The notes under the pieces: generated by a model | What the model was told of the DNA's origin: nothing | Databases searched by the model: none | What the model saw: only the letters and a program-made list of their open reading frames with translations | Position numbers and translations under genes: made by a program | Part shown: positions 8,384 to 18,234 of the stretch, one piece after another | Layout: each line of letters opens with the position of its first letter | Position numbering within the stretch: position 1 is the stretch's first letter | Source: Acidimicrobiales bacterium | GTDB lineage: Bacteria; Actinomycetota; Acidimicrobiia; Acidimicrobiales; Palsa-688 | NCBI GenBank assembly: GCA_050744165.1 | Contig: JBOGGN010000242.1 | Coordinates: forward strand, 1-38,762 | Direction: 5' to 3' | DNA: 38,762 nt

Positions 8384-9583
8384 ATGACCACCGCCGTCAT
8401 CGTCGACGCCGTCCGCACCGCCGCTGGCAGGCGCAACGGAAAGCTCTCCGGGTGGCACCCGGCGGACTTGGCGGCCGAGACGTTGAAGGCCCTGGTGGTC
8501 CGCAATGACTTAGATCCTGCCGAGGTCGACGACGTGATCATGGGCTGTGTGATGCAGATCGGGGCCCAGGGCATCAACGTGGCCCGCAACGCCGTGCTGG
8601 CGGCCGACTTCCCCGAGTCGGTACCCGCCACCACCATCGACCGCCAGTGCGGCTCGTCGCAGCAGAGCGTGCATTTCGCCGCTCAAGGGGTCATGGCCGG
8701 TGCCTATGACGTCGCCATCGCCGCTGGTGTCGAGGTCATGAGCCTGGTGCCCATGGGGGCCACCATGCTGGCGCCCAATACCGGGATGCCGTTCGGGCCA
8801 AAGATGATGGCCCGCTACCAGGCGGCAGGGGGTCTGGTACCCCAAGGCATCTCGGCGGAGATGATCTGCGACCGCTGGCACCTGTCGCGCGCCGACGTAG
8901 ACGCCTATGGCGCTCGCAGCCAGCAACTGGCCGAGAAGGCCACCAAGGAGGGGCGTTTCGAACGCGAGGTGGTACCCGTGGCAGTCAAGGTTCGCGACCG
9001 CGACAGCGGCCAGGTCATCGAGACCAACGAGGTTCTGACTCGCGACGAGGGCATCCGGCCGGGCACGACGGTGGAGACGCTGGCTACCTTGAAGCCGGCG
9101 TTCAAGGCCGACGGTGGGCGGATCACGGCAGGAAACTCTTCCCAGATCAGCGACGGGGCGTCGGCGGTGCTGATCATGAGCGAGGAGAAGGCCAGCGCCC
9201 TCGGCCTGACGCCACGGGCCCGCTTCCACAGCTTTGCTCTGGCGGGCGTCGACCCCATCTTGATGCTGACCGGGCCCATCCCGGCCACCGCCGCGGTTCT
9301 GGAGCGGGGAAAGTTGGCCTTGGACGACATCGACCTGATCGAGATCAACGAGGCCTTCGCCTCGGTCGTCCTGGCCTGGGAGCACGAGGTCCACCCCGAC
9401 ATGGACCGGGTCAACGTCAACGGGGGCGCAATTGCCCTCGGCCATCCGCTCGGCGCCTCGGGAACCAAGCTCACTGCCACGCTGGTGAACGAACTGGAAC
9501 GCCGGGGCGGGCGCTTTGGCCTGCAGACGATGTGCGAGGGCGGTGGGTTGGCCAACGCCATGATCATCGAGAGGCTGGGCTGA
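8384..9583 (+). CDS. Acetyl-CoA C-acyltransferase (thiolase family)
   Basis: Thiolase signature regions are present: the N-terminal active-site Cys block (DRQCGSSQQS), and the C-terminal catalytic His/Cys blocks (GGAIALGHPLGASG and CEGGGLANA). Confidence 0.9.
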   Translation: MTTAVIVDAVRTAAGRRNGKLSGWHPADLAAETLKALVVRNDLDPAEVDDVIMGCVMQIGAQGINVARNAVLAADFPESVPATTIDRQCGSSQQSVHFAAQGVMAGAYDVAIAAGVEVMSLVPMGATMLAPNTGMPFGPKMMARYQAAGGLVPQGISAEMICDRWHLSRADVDAYGARSQQLAEKATKEGRFEREVVPVAVKVRDRDSGQVIETNEVLTRDEGIRPGTTVETLATLKPAFKADGGRITAGNSSQISDGASAVLIMSEEKASALGLTPRARFHSFALAGVDPILMLTGPIPATAAVLERGKLALDDIDLIEINEAFASVVLAWEHEVHPDMDRVNVNGGAIALGHPLGASGTKLTATLVNELERRGGRFGLQTMCEGGGLANAMIIERLG

Positions 9584-9784
9584 CCGCCTCAAACGGTTGG
9601 CGGGCGGCGGACGGCAGGCGCGGTTGGGCCGCCCAGCGGCGGGCGCCGGCTACCGGAGGGCGTTGGTCCTCTGGAGGCCGGGGAGGCGACGGGCGGGGCC
9701 ATTTTTCCCGACCCTCTGGGCGCGGTCTTGGGTCAATCTTTGACTCCTAGCACCGCTGGCTGCGGATTCCCGTCGAAAGTGGCT

Positions 9785-9838
9785 CCAAGTGCACCAGCTG
9801 TGCCCAAGTCTTTTCCCGCGGTACCCAAGTCTTGTCCC
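9785..9838. promoter_or_regulatory. Three phased CCAAGT-containing direct repeats in a 400-bp non-coding region
   Basis: CCAAGT occurs at 9785, 9804 and 9825 (spacing 19 and 21 bp). The last two sit in 15-mers CCCAAGTCTTTTCCC and CCCAAGTCTTGTCCC. A GTCAAtctTTGAC palindrome lies at 9740-9752. Confidence 0.35.
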
Positions 9839-9990
9839 CTTTCCATGGCGGGCTCGGGGTCGCCCACCGCGGAGGCGCAGGGCCGTCGCCCCCTTTCCAG
9901 CGCCAGGGTGGAAAAATGCCCCGCCCCCCAGGAGCCCGCGCGTGGGGCCGCCCGACGACAGGGTGGGACGGCGCCCTACCCTGAATACCC

Positions 9991-10242
9991 GTGCCCCTGG
10001 CCGTCAAGATCGCCATCGGCGTGGTGGCCTTCTATGTGATCTTGCGCTTTGGTCTTTTCTTCATTCGCATGTTCGCGGCGCCGGTGCCCACGCCCGAGGC
10101 GGGTGCGCTCCGCCGGGTCAACCTCAAGTACCAATGCCAGATCTGCGGTGCCGAGGTCCGCATGACCAAGGCCGGCGAGGACCTGCCACCGCCGCCACGG
10201 CACTGCCTCGAGGATATGGAGCTGGTGTCGCCGGTCGAATGA
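9991..10242 (+). CDS. Hypothetical small membrane protein with C-terminal Cys pair / zinc-ribbon-like motif
   Basis: The 83-aa ORF has a GTG start, one N-terminal TM helix (IAIGVVAFYVILRFGLFFI), and then CQIC...HC. It is preceded by a 400-bp non-coding region. Support is weak and rests only on ORF integrity and hydrophobicity. Confidence 0.3.
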   Translation: MPLAVKIAIGVVAFYVILRFGLFFIRMFAAPVPTPEAGALRRVNLKYQCQICGAEVRMTKAGEDLPPPPRHCLEDMELVSPVE

Positions 10243-10320
10243 TCGGTGCTGAGGTTTTACCCAGGCTGTGGATAAACCTGGGGAGAGTCACACAACTGTA
10301 ACTTTGCCGACGCCTCGAGT

Positions 10321-10629
10321 TCAGTGGTAGCGGGTAGCGGTAATGAAGCCCGCGGTGATCAGGCCGAGGCCGACGAACAGGTACCAGTTCTGAGCGCCGC
10401 CCGGCAAGAGGCCCAGGTAGTTGCACACGATGGTCAGCATGCCGAGGATGAGGAGGCTGAGCAGCAGGATCGGCACCCACATCGGGCTTTCCCGGTAGAC
10501 CTTGGGAATCGGCGGCGTGTACCGGCCCGATTGGACCGGCGCTGCGGTCGAGTGCTTGCCAGCCCGGTCGACACCACCCTTGGGCGTCACTCGGCCGCCC
10601 CTGGGGGCGTCCTTTGTCCGTCTCGCCAT
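10321..10629 (-). CDS. crgA: Cell division protein CrgA
   Basis: The 103-aa product MARRTKDAPRGG...YTPPIPK...WVPILLLSLLILGMLTIVCNYLG...NWYLFVGLGLITAGFITATRYH has a basic N-terminus and two TM helices, with the conserved position next to the trpG-like and pknB genes. The ATG is at 10629, Met44 of the track ORF. Confidence 0.75.
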   Translation of the reverse strand: MARRTKDAPRGGRVTPKGGVDRAGKHSTAAPVQSGRYTPPIPKVYRESPMWVPILLLSLLILGMLTIVCNYLGLLPGGAQNWYLFVGLGLITAGFITATRYH

Positions 10630-10729
10630 GCCGACCGAGGATAGTCGTGGCTCGCCCTTCAGGGTTCTCGGCCTGCTGGGAGCGGAAGTCGGAGGTGTTC
10701 GGTGCCGGTCACCTCTACGCTGACCGTCT

Positions 10730-11338
10730 GTGGTGCCGCGGGTGCTGGTTCTCGACAACTACGACAGCTTCGTTTACAACCTGGTTCAGTACTTGGGCGA
10801 GTTGGGCGCCGAGCCCCTGGTGTTCCGTCACGATGCCATCGGCCTAGATGCGGTGGCTGACCTGGGCCCCGATGCCGTGCTCGTCTCTCCTGGGCCCGGG
10901 CGGCCCGAGGATGCCGGGGTCAGCAACGACCTCATCGCGGCTATGGGCGCCGCGGGCACACCGCTGCTCGGCGTCTGCCTCGGTCACCAGTGCATCGGCC
11001 AGGTCTTCGGCGGGAGGGTCGTGCGGGCGGCGTCGGTCATGCACGGCAAGACGTCGATGGTCCACCACGACGGCCGGGGCGTCCTGTCGGGCCTGGCCAA
11101 TCCGTTTCGGGCTACCCGGTACCACTCGCTGGTGGTCGACCCCGCCTCCGTGCCCGCCGCCCTTGAGGTCTCGGCCTGGACCGACGACGGCACGGTGATG
11201 GGGCTGCGCCACCGTGAGTTTCCGATCGAGGGGGTCCAGTTCCACCCCGAATCGATCCTGACCGATGACGGCCACCGGTTGCTGGCCAACTGGTTGCACC
11301 TGGAAGCGCCCACACCGGGGACCGCGGCCTCCAGCTGA
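10730..11338 (+). CDS. trpG: Class-I glutamine amidotransferase: anthranilate synthase component II / aminodeoxychorismate synthase GATase subunit
   Basis: GTG start. Carries the GATase-1 catalytic triad context (LLGVCLGHQCIG with Cys, then HPESI). It sits in the conserved position between crgA and pknB. The trpG versus pabA choice is unresolved. Confidence 0.82.
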   Translation: MVPRVLVLDNYDSFVYNLVQYLGELGAEPLVFRHDAIGLDAVADLGPDAVLVSPGPGRPEDAGVSNDLIAAMGAAGTPLLGVCLGHQCIGQVFGGRVVRAASVMHGKTSMVHHDGRGVLSGLANPFRATRYHSLVVDPASVPAALEVSAWTDDGTVMGLRHREFPIEGVQFHPESILTDDGHRLLANWLHLEAPTPGTAASS

Positions 11339-11364
11339 GCCCAGAGCCGGCCAGACCCGTCAGG

Positions 11365-13494
11365 TCAGCCGGTGCTCGACGTCGTCGTCGTGTGCTTGGG
11401 CATTGTGGTCGTCGTGGTCGTCGTGGCCGCAGGGGTAGAGGTGGTGGTGGCCGAGCCAGCCGTTGTGCTGGTTGCCGTGGAGAACTGCCCAACGGTGATG
11501 GTGACCGTCGACCCCTGGGGCGCCGACCCTGAGGTGGGCGTTTCCCCGATCACGAGGCCATCCTGGCTCTGCATATTGGTCGGCGCGAACCTGGTGGACA
11601 CGTTGAACCCGGCGCTCTGCAGCGCCGACTGGGCCGCCGACTGGCTCTCGCCGACGACGTTGGGGATGTCGGCGCCCTGGGGGCCGCTGGAGACATAGAT
11701 CGTGATTTGGCTGCCTGATGCCACGCTGGTGCCCGATGCGGGATCCGTCCGGGTGACCCGCCCCGACGGCTGCGTGGCAGACGCCTCGGGGACGGCCTGG
11801 GGGGCCACGTTCAAGTTGAGCGCGGTCAGGGCGGAAGCGGCCGCGGTCGGGGTCTGGCCCGACTCATTGGGCACCTGCACCATCGGCGGGCCGGTGGAAA
11901 TGGTCAGGGTCACTGTGGTGCCCTTGGCCACGGTCATGCCCTGCGCCGGGTTCTCGGAGACCACCTCGCCGGCCGGGTACTGCGTAGAGGTCACCATGAG
12001 GGGCGTCTCCGAGGGGGTCAAGCCTGCATTGAGCAGGAGGTTGTCCGCCGCCTGCTGCGAGATGCCGGTGGCGTCTGGAACCACCACCTTGGGTGCGTTC
12101 GGAGTGACGGCGAGCCTGACGGTCGAGCCTCGCTTGACCACCGTGCCCGGGGCCGGGGTGGACGCCGTGACGGTGCCCGAAGGCGCTGACGGCCTCGACT
12201 TGAGGCCCAGCGCCGATAGCTCGCTCTCGACGGCCGCCACCTGGTTACCGATGAAGTCGGTCGGGATCGTGACCTGGGTGGCGGTGGCGTTGTTGAACAC
12301 GCCGAGTGTCTGGCCGAGCAGGTACAACAATCCCGCCAGCACCGCCAGCATCAGCACCAGGATGATGGCGTAGGCCCCGCTGCGCCGCCGGGTGGTGGCC
12401 AACTCGGTGGTGGCACCGGTCCCATCCAGGTCGCCAGAGCCATACCCCGGCCCCGCGATCCCGCCTGCCGCGGCGGCTCCCCCGTACCGGGAGTCGACCC
12501 GCCGGGTAGGCGCGGAGCGGTCGATGCGGCTGCCCACCCGCCCCGATGCGGCTGCCGCCGGCAACACCCACGTCTGCCCGTTGGCCCCCTGCACTCGGGT
12601 GGGCCGGTCGGCGGGAAGAGGCGGCGGTGGCGCCACCGCGAGGACGCCACTGCCCTGGACGTAGCGGATGAGGTCCGCCCGGAAGTCATCGGCCGATTGG
12701 TAGCGGTCCTCGGGGTTCTTGGCCATCGCCTGGAGGATGATGGCTTCCAGCGATGGGGGCACGGCCCGGTTGACCTGGGTCGGCGCGATGGCCTCCTCCC
12801 GGACGTGCTTGTAGGCGATTGCCACCGGGTTGTCGCCGCTGAACGGGGGCCGTCCGGTGACCATCTCGTACAGCACCACGCCCAGGGCGTACACGTCGCT
12901 GCGGGCGTCGGCCGGGTAGCCCTGGGCCTGCTCGGGGGAGAAATAGGTCGCCGTCCCCATCACGGTCCCGGTCTGGGTCAGGCCCTCCTTGGCCCCGATC
13001 GCCCGGGCGATGCCGAAGTCGGTGACCTTGACGATGCCGGACTTGTCGATGAGGACGTTGGCTGGCTTGATGTCGCGGTGGATGACCCCATTGCGGTGGG
13101 CGAAGCTCAGCCCGGCCGCCACCTCGGCCGCCCAGGTGGCGGCCTGGTCGGCGTCGAGCGGGCCTCGGCGCAGGACCTGGGCCAGGGTCCGGCCGTTGAC
13201 GTACTCCATAACGATGTAATAGGTGTGCTCGCCCTCACCCCAGTCGTAGACCGAGACGATGTTGGGGTGCGACAGGTTGGCCGCCGCCTGGGCCTCCCGC
13301 CGGAACCGCTCCACGAAGGAGCGGTCGATCGACAGCTCGGGGAACAGCACCTTGAGCGCCACCGGCCGGTCGAGTAGCAAGTCCTTGGCGAGGTACACCT
13401 GGGCCATGCCGCCCCGGGCGACGTGGCGGACCAACTCATAGCGGTCGTTGAAGACGCGAGCCGCCCGCTCCTGGCCCGGCGGGGACTGCGTCAT
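11365..13494 (-). CDS. pknB: Ser/Thr protein kinase PknB with extracellular PASTA domains and Thr-rich C-terminal tail
   Basis: Hanks kinase motifs are present (VALKVL, HRDIKPANVLI, DFGIA, GTATYFSPEQ), followed by a TM helix and 3-4 PASTA repeats. The ATG at 13494 is Met233 of the 941-aa track ORF, whose first 232 aa are an out-of-frame overlap with pbpA. The product ends in TTTTTTTMPKHTTTTSSTG. Confidence 0.9.
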   Translation of the reverse strand: MTQSPPGQERAARVFNDRYELVRHVARGGMAQVYLAKDLLLDRPVALKVLFPELSIDRSFVERFRREAQAAANLSHPNIVSVYDWGEGEHTYYIVMEYVNGRTLAQVLRRGPLDADQAATWAAEVAAGLSFAHRNGVIHRDIKPANVLIDKSGIVKVTDFGIARAIGAKEGLTQTGTVMGTATYFSPEQAQGYPADARSDVYALGVVLYEMVTGRPPFSGDNPVAIAYKHVREEAIAPTQVNRAVPPSLEAIILQAMAKNPEDRYQSADDFRADLIRYVQGSGVLAVAPPPPLPADRPTRVQGANGQTWVLPAAAASGRVGSRIDRSAPTRRVDSRYGGAAAAGGIAGPGYGSGDLDGTGATTELATTRRRSGAYAIILVLMLAVLAGLLYLLGQTLGVFNNATATQVTIPTDFIGNQVAAVESELSALGLKSRPSAPSGTVTASTPAPGTVVKRGSTVRLAVTPNAPKVVVPDATGISQQAADNLLLNAGLTPSETPLMVTSTQYPAGEVVSENPAQGMTVAKGTTVTLTISTGPPMVQVPNESGQTPTAAASALTALNLNVAPQAVPEASATQPSGRVTRTDPASGTSVASGSQITIYVSSGPQGADIPNVVGESQSAAQSALQSAGFNVSTRFAPTNMQSQDGLVIGETPTSGSAPQGSTVTITVGQFSTATSTTAGSATTTSTPAATTTTTTTMPKHTTTTSSTG

Positions 13495-13520
13495 GTTTAT
13501 AAGCCTGTCACAACTTCGCC

Positions 13521-14978
13521 TCAGGAACCTTGCAACACCGCCTGCATCATCGCCTTGGCGATGGGGGCGGCGATGGTGCCCCCCTGGGCGTCGTTGCCCT
13601 CCGGCTGGTTCTCGACCAGCACCGCTACGACCACCTTGGGCGCAGTCGCGGGGGCGAAGCTGACGAACCAGGCGTGGATGGTGTTCTGCCCGGTCTGGGC
13701 CGTTCCTGTCTTGCCGGCCACCTGGATGCCCGGGATCTGGGCGGCCACGCCCGTACCCGATTGGACCACGGTCTCCATGAGCTGGGTCATTTGGGCCGCG
13801 GTCCCGGGAGAGGTGGCGGTGATCCACGGTTTGGCCTGGTACTTGCTCACGACCTGGCCCTGGGAGTTGGAGACATGGTCGAGCACGTGGGGCGTCATGA
13901 TCACCCCTCCGTTGGCGATTCCCGCCGCCACCAGGGCCATGCCGAGGGGAACCGCCTGGACGTTCTCCTGGCCGATTGCCGACTTGGCCAGGCCCGGCAT
14001 GTCGTTCACGAACGAACTGGCGGGCGGGAAGTAGGACTGGGCCGCCTCGGGCAGGTCGATCGGGATCTTCTTGTCGAAGCCGAAGCTGTCCGCTTCGGAA
14101 GCGAGCGACGTTGCGCCCAGCTGGAGGCCGATGGCGGCGAAGCCGCTGTTGCAGGACACCCTGAACAAGTCGGGGAGGGCGCCGCCGCACGCCTCGCCAG
14201 CGAAGTTGCTCAGCACCTGGCCACCCGCGTTGGGCAGGGGCAGTGCTGACAGGGTCGGGAACACCATCGAGGCCAGCGCGGGGTCATGGTCGTAGACCGC
14301 CGAGGAGGTGATCACCTTGAACGTCGATCCGGGGAAGAACCGCTCCCGATAGGACCCGGACAAGAGCGGCTGGCCGGTCGCTGCGTTCTCGGACTGCCAG
14401 TAGCTGCGCTCGGTGGCGAGGGTGTGCGACGCCAGATCGCTCGGGTCGTAGGAGGGATTGCTGTACATGGCCAGGATCGACCCGGTGGTGGGGTCGAGGG
14501 CGATGACCGAGCCCAGCCGGTTGCCGAGTTCGGTACTGGCCAGCTGCTGCAGCTTGTTGGACAGGGTGAGGGTGACGGTCTGGCTGCGGTCCTGGTTGAT
14601 GGTCAGGTCCTTCAAGCTCTTCGGGAGCTGGAGAGGGGCGTTGGCGCCGGTGAGGTCGGCGTCGAACTGCCGTTCCGCCCCCTCCTCGCCGTAGGTGAGG
14701 GAGAAGAACCCCGTGATCTGGCCGAACAGCGGCCCGGTGGGGTACTGGCGGAGGTACTTGAAGTCGTCGCTGGTGGGCATGTCCGTGGCCAGCACGACCC
14801 CGTCGGAGGAGACGAGATCGCCCCGCTTGGTCGAGAACTTGGCGAGCGCCAGCCGGGTGTTCAGGTGGTTGTTGTTGAGGGCGCTGGCATCGAAGACCTG
14901 CAGGTTGTTCAGCTGGAAGAACAGGATCAGGAACAGCACGACGACGCCAACCCCGGCGATGCGGATCTGCTTGTTCAT
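13521..14978 (-). CDS. pbpA: Penicillin-binding protein 2-type transpeptidase PbpA
   Basis: Has an N-terminal TM anchor and a PBP dimerisation domain. Transpeptidase motifs are STFK (GSTFKVITS), SCN (VSCNSG) and KTGT (AGKTGTA). Confidence 0.9.
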   Translation of the reverse strand: MNKQIRIAGVGVVVLFLILFFQLNNLQVFDASALNNNHLNTRLALAKFSTKRGDLVSSDGVVLATDMPTSDDFKYLRQYPTGPLFGQITGFFSLTYGEEGAERQFDADLTGANAPLQLPKSLKDLTINQDRSQTVTLTLSNKLQQLASTELGNRLGSVIALDPTTGSILAMYSNPSYDPSDLASHTLATERSYWQSENAATGQPLLSGSYRERFFPGSTFKVITSSAVYDHDPALASMVFPTLSALPLPNAGGQVLSNFAGEACGGALPDLFRVSCNSGFAAIGLQLGATSLASEADSFGFDKKIPIDLPEAAQSYFPPASSFVNDMPGLAKSAIGQENVQAVPLGMALVAAGIANGGVIMTPHVLDHVSNSQGQVVSKYQAKPWITATSPGTAAQMTQLMETVVQSGTGVAAQIPGIQVAGKTGTAQTGQNTIHAWFVSFAPATAPKVVVAVLVENQPEGNDAQGGTIAAPIAKAMMQAVLQGS

Positions 14979-14985
14979 GGGGCAA

Positions 14986-16365
14986 TCATCCGTAAACCGT
15001 GTCCGCCGCCGCCCCCGCGGGCACCACCTCAGGCGTCGAGGAGTCGTTGCTGATGCGCAGCAGCAAGGCCAAGAGGATGTAGTTGGCGATCAGGCTGCTG
15101 CCGCCGTAGCTGATGAACGGCAAGGTAATCCCGGTCAGCGGGATGATCCTGGTCACCCCGCCCACGATGACGAATACCTGGATCCCCACGACGAGCGCCA
15201 GCCCGGCGGCCAACAGCTTCTCGAAGGGGTTCTCGCAGCGCACTGCGATGCGCAAGCCGCTGCCCACCATGAGCAGGTACCCGGCCAGCACCGCCCCAGC
15301 CCCGAGTAGACCGAGCTCCTCGGCGATGGCGGCGAAGATGAAGTCGGTGGCCACCTCCGGGATGCGCTGGGGGCTGCCCTGACCGGGGCCGTCGCCGAAG
15401 ACCCCGCCCGCCGCCATGGCGAACAGGCCCTGGATGATCTGGTAGCCGGAGGTGTTGTACACCGGCCACGGGTTGAGCCACACCTGGACCCGGGACTTGG
15501 CATGGCCGATGACCTTCATGGCGACGGTGGCACCGGCCGCGAACAGCACCGCTCCCATCCCGAGGTACCAGCCTCGCCCGGTGGCGATCCACAGCATCCC
15601 GATGAACAGGGCGAAGAACAAGAAGCTCGAGCCCAGGTCGTTCTCGAAGAAGAAGATGGCCAGGGAGAGAGCCCAGGCGGCCAGCACGGGAGCGATGTAC
15701 TTCGGGTCGATCAGCAGCACGTTGCCGATCTTGCGGGTGCCGCGGGCCAGCATCTCGCGTCGCTCCGCCATGTACGAGGCGAAGAAGATGGCCAGGGCGA
15801 TCTTGGCCAGCTCGCCCGGCTGGAAGGTGATCCCGGCCACGCGGATCCACAAGCGGGCCCCGTTGATGTTCTGCCCGATCACCGGCAGCAGCGGCATGAG
15901 TAAGAGCCCGATGCCGCCCAGGGCGAAGAGGTAGCGGTAGCGCTCCAGGTCCCGGGCCCGGCGGACCACGACCAAGGTGGCCAAGAAGGCGCCGATGCCG
16001 ATCGCCGTCCACAGCGCCTGCAGGGCAGCCAGCTGGCTGTTCAGCCGGGCGATGAACACGTAGCCGAGCCCGTTCAGCAGCGCCGCCGTGGGCAGGAGCA
16101 CCGGGTCGGCGTAGGGGGCCAGCTTGCGCATGCCGACGTGGGCCACCAAGAGAAGGCCGCAGACGATGATCAGGAAGGGGCCGATGTTGGCGGGCAGGGA
16201 TCCCGACTTGCCGAGGCTGGCCAGCACGTACAGCCCACCAGTCAGGACCACGGCCAGCACCATGAGCCCCAGCTCGGTGCGCCGCCGGGCCGGCTGGCGG
16301 TAGTTGGGGTCGGCGACGATCGGCAACTCAGCGCCGGTCGCGAACATCCGGGGTCGCCAGCTCAC
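14986..16365 (-). CDS. rodA: SEDS-family peptidoglycan glycosyltransferase RodA/FtsW
   Basis: A 10-TM SEDS protein with conserved blocks (PGELAKIALAIFFASY, DFIFAAIAEELG, TLPFISYGGSS). It sits between pstP and pbpA, as in the conserved cluster. Confidence 0.9.
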   Translation of the reverse strand: MSWRPRMFATGAELPIVADPNYRQPARRRTELGLMVLAVVLTGGLYVLASLGKSGSLPANIGPFLIIVCGLLLVAHVGMRKLAPYADPVLLPTAALLNGLGYVFIARLNSQLAALQALWTAIGIGAFLATLVVVRRARDLERYRYLFALGGIGLLLMPLLPVIGQNINGARLWIRVAGITFQPGELAKIALAIFFASYMAERREMLARGTRKIGNVLLIDPKYIAPVLAAWALSLAIFFFENDLGSSFLFFALFIGMLWIATGRGWYLGMGAVLFAAGATVAMKVIGHAKSRVQVWLNPWPVYNTSGYQIIQGLFAMAAGGVFGDGPGQGSPQRIPEVATDFIFAAIAEELGLLGAGAVLAGYLLMVGSGLRIAVRCENPFEKLLAAGLALVVGIQVFVIVGGVTRIIPLTGITLPFISYGGSSLIANYILLALLLRISNDSSTPEVVPAGAAADTVYG

Positions 16366-16404
16366 GGCGTCACGGGGGCGCAGGGGGGGCGCCGGTTCAC
16401 GACG

Positions 16405-17703
16405 TCAGGGGGCAGGGACGGTGGTCGTCGTTGCCGGCGGTGGCACCGTGGTGGTGGTCGGCGGCAGCGTGGTGGTGGTGGTGGTCGTGGTCGCTTCGGC
16501 GGCGAGGCTCGCGACGTAGCTCTTGGCGGCGGGAACGGATGGTTCTTCTTTCCCGGAGCGCAGGTCGGGCAACCGTTCGGGCAGGACCTGGTTGGCGGCG
16601 GTGGCGGTGCGCTGGACGATGGTTGGCTGGAACCAAAGCAGGCCGCCAGGGCGGCCCTTGTAGATGGTGAGTTGGCCGTTGTCCAACCCGACGAAGTACG
16701 AGCCGCGGGCGTAGAACGCGATGGCGACGCCGGCGCCGGCGATCAGCAACACCAGGATGACGAAAAAACCTACGACCCGCCAGGTGACGGCGCGCTGGCG
16801 GGGCGGGGCGGGCGGGGTCTCCTTCGGTGGGGGGCCGACACGCCCCGACCAGCCGGTGGGGGGGGAGGGGGCGCTTTTTCCCGCTTCTTTTTCGGGGTGG
16901 GAAAATGCCTCGGGGATCGGTGTCGCCCGTCGCGTGGGGGGGTTGGCGGCCAGTGCCGCAGAGGCCGCCTGGGGCAGGTCGTTGTCGTCCACCACGTCGA
17001 CAATCACAACCGTGATGTTGTCGTTGCCGCCCCGATCTCGGGCTTCGGCGACCAGTTCCCGGGCCGCGTCCTTGGGGTTGGCCAGGCGGCGCATGACCCC
17101 CGCCAGCTGGTCGTCGTTGAGTTCACGGACCAGGCCGTCGGAGCACAGCAGGTAACGGTCGCCCTTCAGGGGCAGGACCTGGAGGAGATCCACCTTGACG
17201 TCGGAGTCGACGCCGAGCGCCCGGGTCAGGACGTGGCGCTGGGGGTGGATGGCGGCCTCCATCTCGGTCAGCTGGCCGTCGTCGACCAGCTCCTGGACCA
17301 GGGAATGGTCGGTGGTCAGCTGTTCCAGCTCGCCGTCGCGCAGCAGGTACACCCTCGAGTCGCCCACGTTGATGATCGCCAGGCGTTCCTCGTCGTCCTC
17401 GTCGACCAGGGCGATCGCCACCAACGTGGTGCCCATGCCGTGGAACTCGGGGTTGCCCAGGGCCCGCTCGAAAATCGACCGGTTCGCCTGGCGGGCCGCC
17501 GCCACCAGGCCCTGGGCGCCGCCATTGTGGCGGTAGGCGACCTCCAACGCTTCCACCGCCGTCAACGACGCCACCTCGCCCGCCGCGTGGCCGCCCATCC
17601 CGTCGGCGACCGCGAACAACTCCTCACCCACGAGCAACTGATCCTGATTCGACGTCCGCACCCGACCCACGTCGGTCGCCGAACCCGCCGACAGGCGGAT
17701 CAC
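16405..17703 (-). CDS. pstP: PP2C-family Ser/Thr phosphatase PstP with TM segment, extracellular domain and Thr-rich tail
   Basis: Carries PP2C motifs (FAVADGMGGHAAGEVAS, DGLV, DNITVVIV). A TM helix (VVGFFVILVLLIAGAGVAIAF) and an extracytoplasmic domain follow. The product ends in ATTTTTTTTLPPTTTTVPPPATTTTVPAP. Confidence 0.9.
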   Translation of the reverse strand: MIRLSAGSATDVGRVRTSNQDQLLVGEELFAVADGMGGHAAGEVASLTAVEALEVAYRHNGGAQGLVAAARQANRSIFERALGNPEFHGMGTTLVAIALVDEDDEERLAIINVGDSRVYLLRDGELEQLTTDHSLVQELVDDGQLTEMEAAIHPQRHVLTRALGVDSDVKVDLLQVLPLKGDRYLLCSDGLVRELNDDQLAGVMRRLANPKDAARELVAEARDRGGNDNITVVIVDVVDDNDLPQAASAALAANPPTRRATPIPEAFSHPEKEAGKSAPSPPTGWSGRVGPPPKETPPAPPRQRAVTWRVVGFFVILVLLIAGAGVAIAFYARGSYFVGLDNGQLTIYKGRPGGLLWFQPTIVQRTATAANQVLPERLPDLRSGKEEPSVPAAKSYVASLAAEATTTTTTTTLPPTTTTVPPPATTTTVPAP

Positions 17704-18221
17704 GCCGCCACCTCCAGCACCGACCGGCCCACCTGCAGGCGGTCCCCGGGGCCGAGGGGGATGGGGCTGGTAACGGGGCGGTCGTTCACGAAGGTGCCGT
17801 TGGTCGATCCCAGATCCTCCACGTAGAGCGACCCGTCGCGGCGGAACACTCGGGCGTGGAGGGTCGACACGAAGGTGTCGTCGGGCAGGGAGATGCCGCA
17901 GCCCAACGCCCGGCCGAGGGTCAGCTCCTCACCCAGGGGAAAGCTCTGGCCGGCTCGGTCCGGGGGCTCGAGGACGACCAACCGGGCCAAACCTGTCGCC
18001 GCCCCGCGACCCCCGGTCCCTGGGGCCCAGCTCCCAGCCGGACCACGCCCCGCCTTCGCCGTCTGGCGGGGCGAAGGTTGCGGGGACGGGGACGCCACTG
18101 CAACCTGCACCGCTCTCGGTTCCCGGAGCTCCACCCAGACCGCCCGGATGACCCGAAAAAAGAACAGGTAGAGCAGGCCCAGGAACACCGCCTTCAAGGC
18201 CGTCAACAGGGACTCGGGCAT
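17700..18221 (-). CDS. fhaB: FHA domain protein FhaB/FipA (N-terminal TM helix plus C-terminal FHA)
   Basis: Has an N-terminal TM helix and a C-terminal FHA domain (GR...DD..VS..HA.......YVEDLGSTNGTFVN). The stop overlaps the pstP start. Confidence 0.8.
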   Translation of the reverse strand: MPESLLTALKAVFLGLLYLFFFRVIRAVWVELREPRAVQVAVASPSPQPSPRQTAKAGRGPAGSWAPGTGGRGAATGLARLVVLEPPDRAGQSFPLGEELTLGRALGCGISLPDDTFVSTLHARVFRRDGSLYVEDLGSTNGTFVNDRPVTSPIPLGPGDRLQVGRSVLEVAA

Positions 18222-18234
18222 GGCGCCAGCCCCC

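Noticed and set aside
11365-14190. Track ORFs with long N-terminal extensions (941-aa pknB, 345-aa pyrE, 401-aa M15, 434-aa VIT1, 2805-aa giant, 181-aa lipoprotein, 145-aa crgA)
   Set aside because: The extensions lack family features and often overlap the upstream gene in another frame. Internal Met codons that coincide with the start of the conserved domain or signal peptide were chosen instead.
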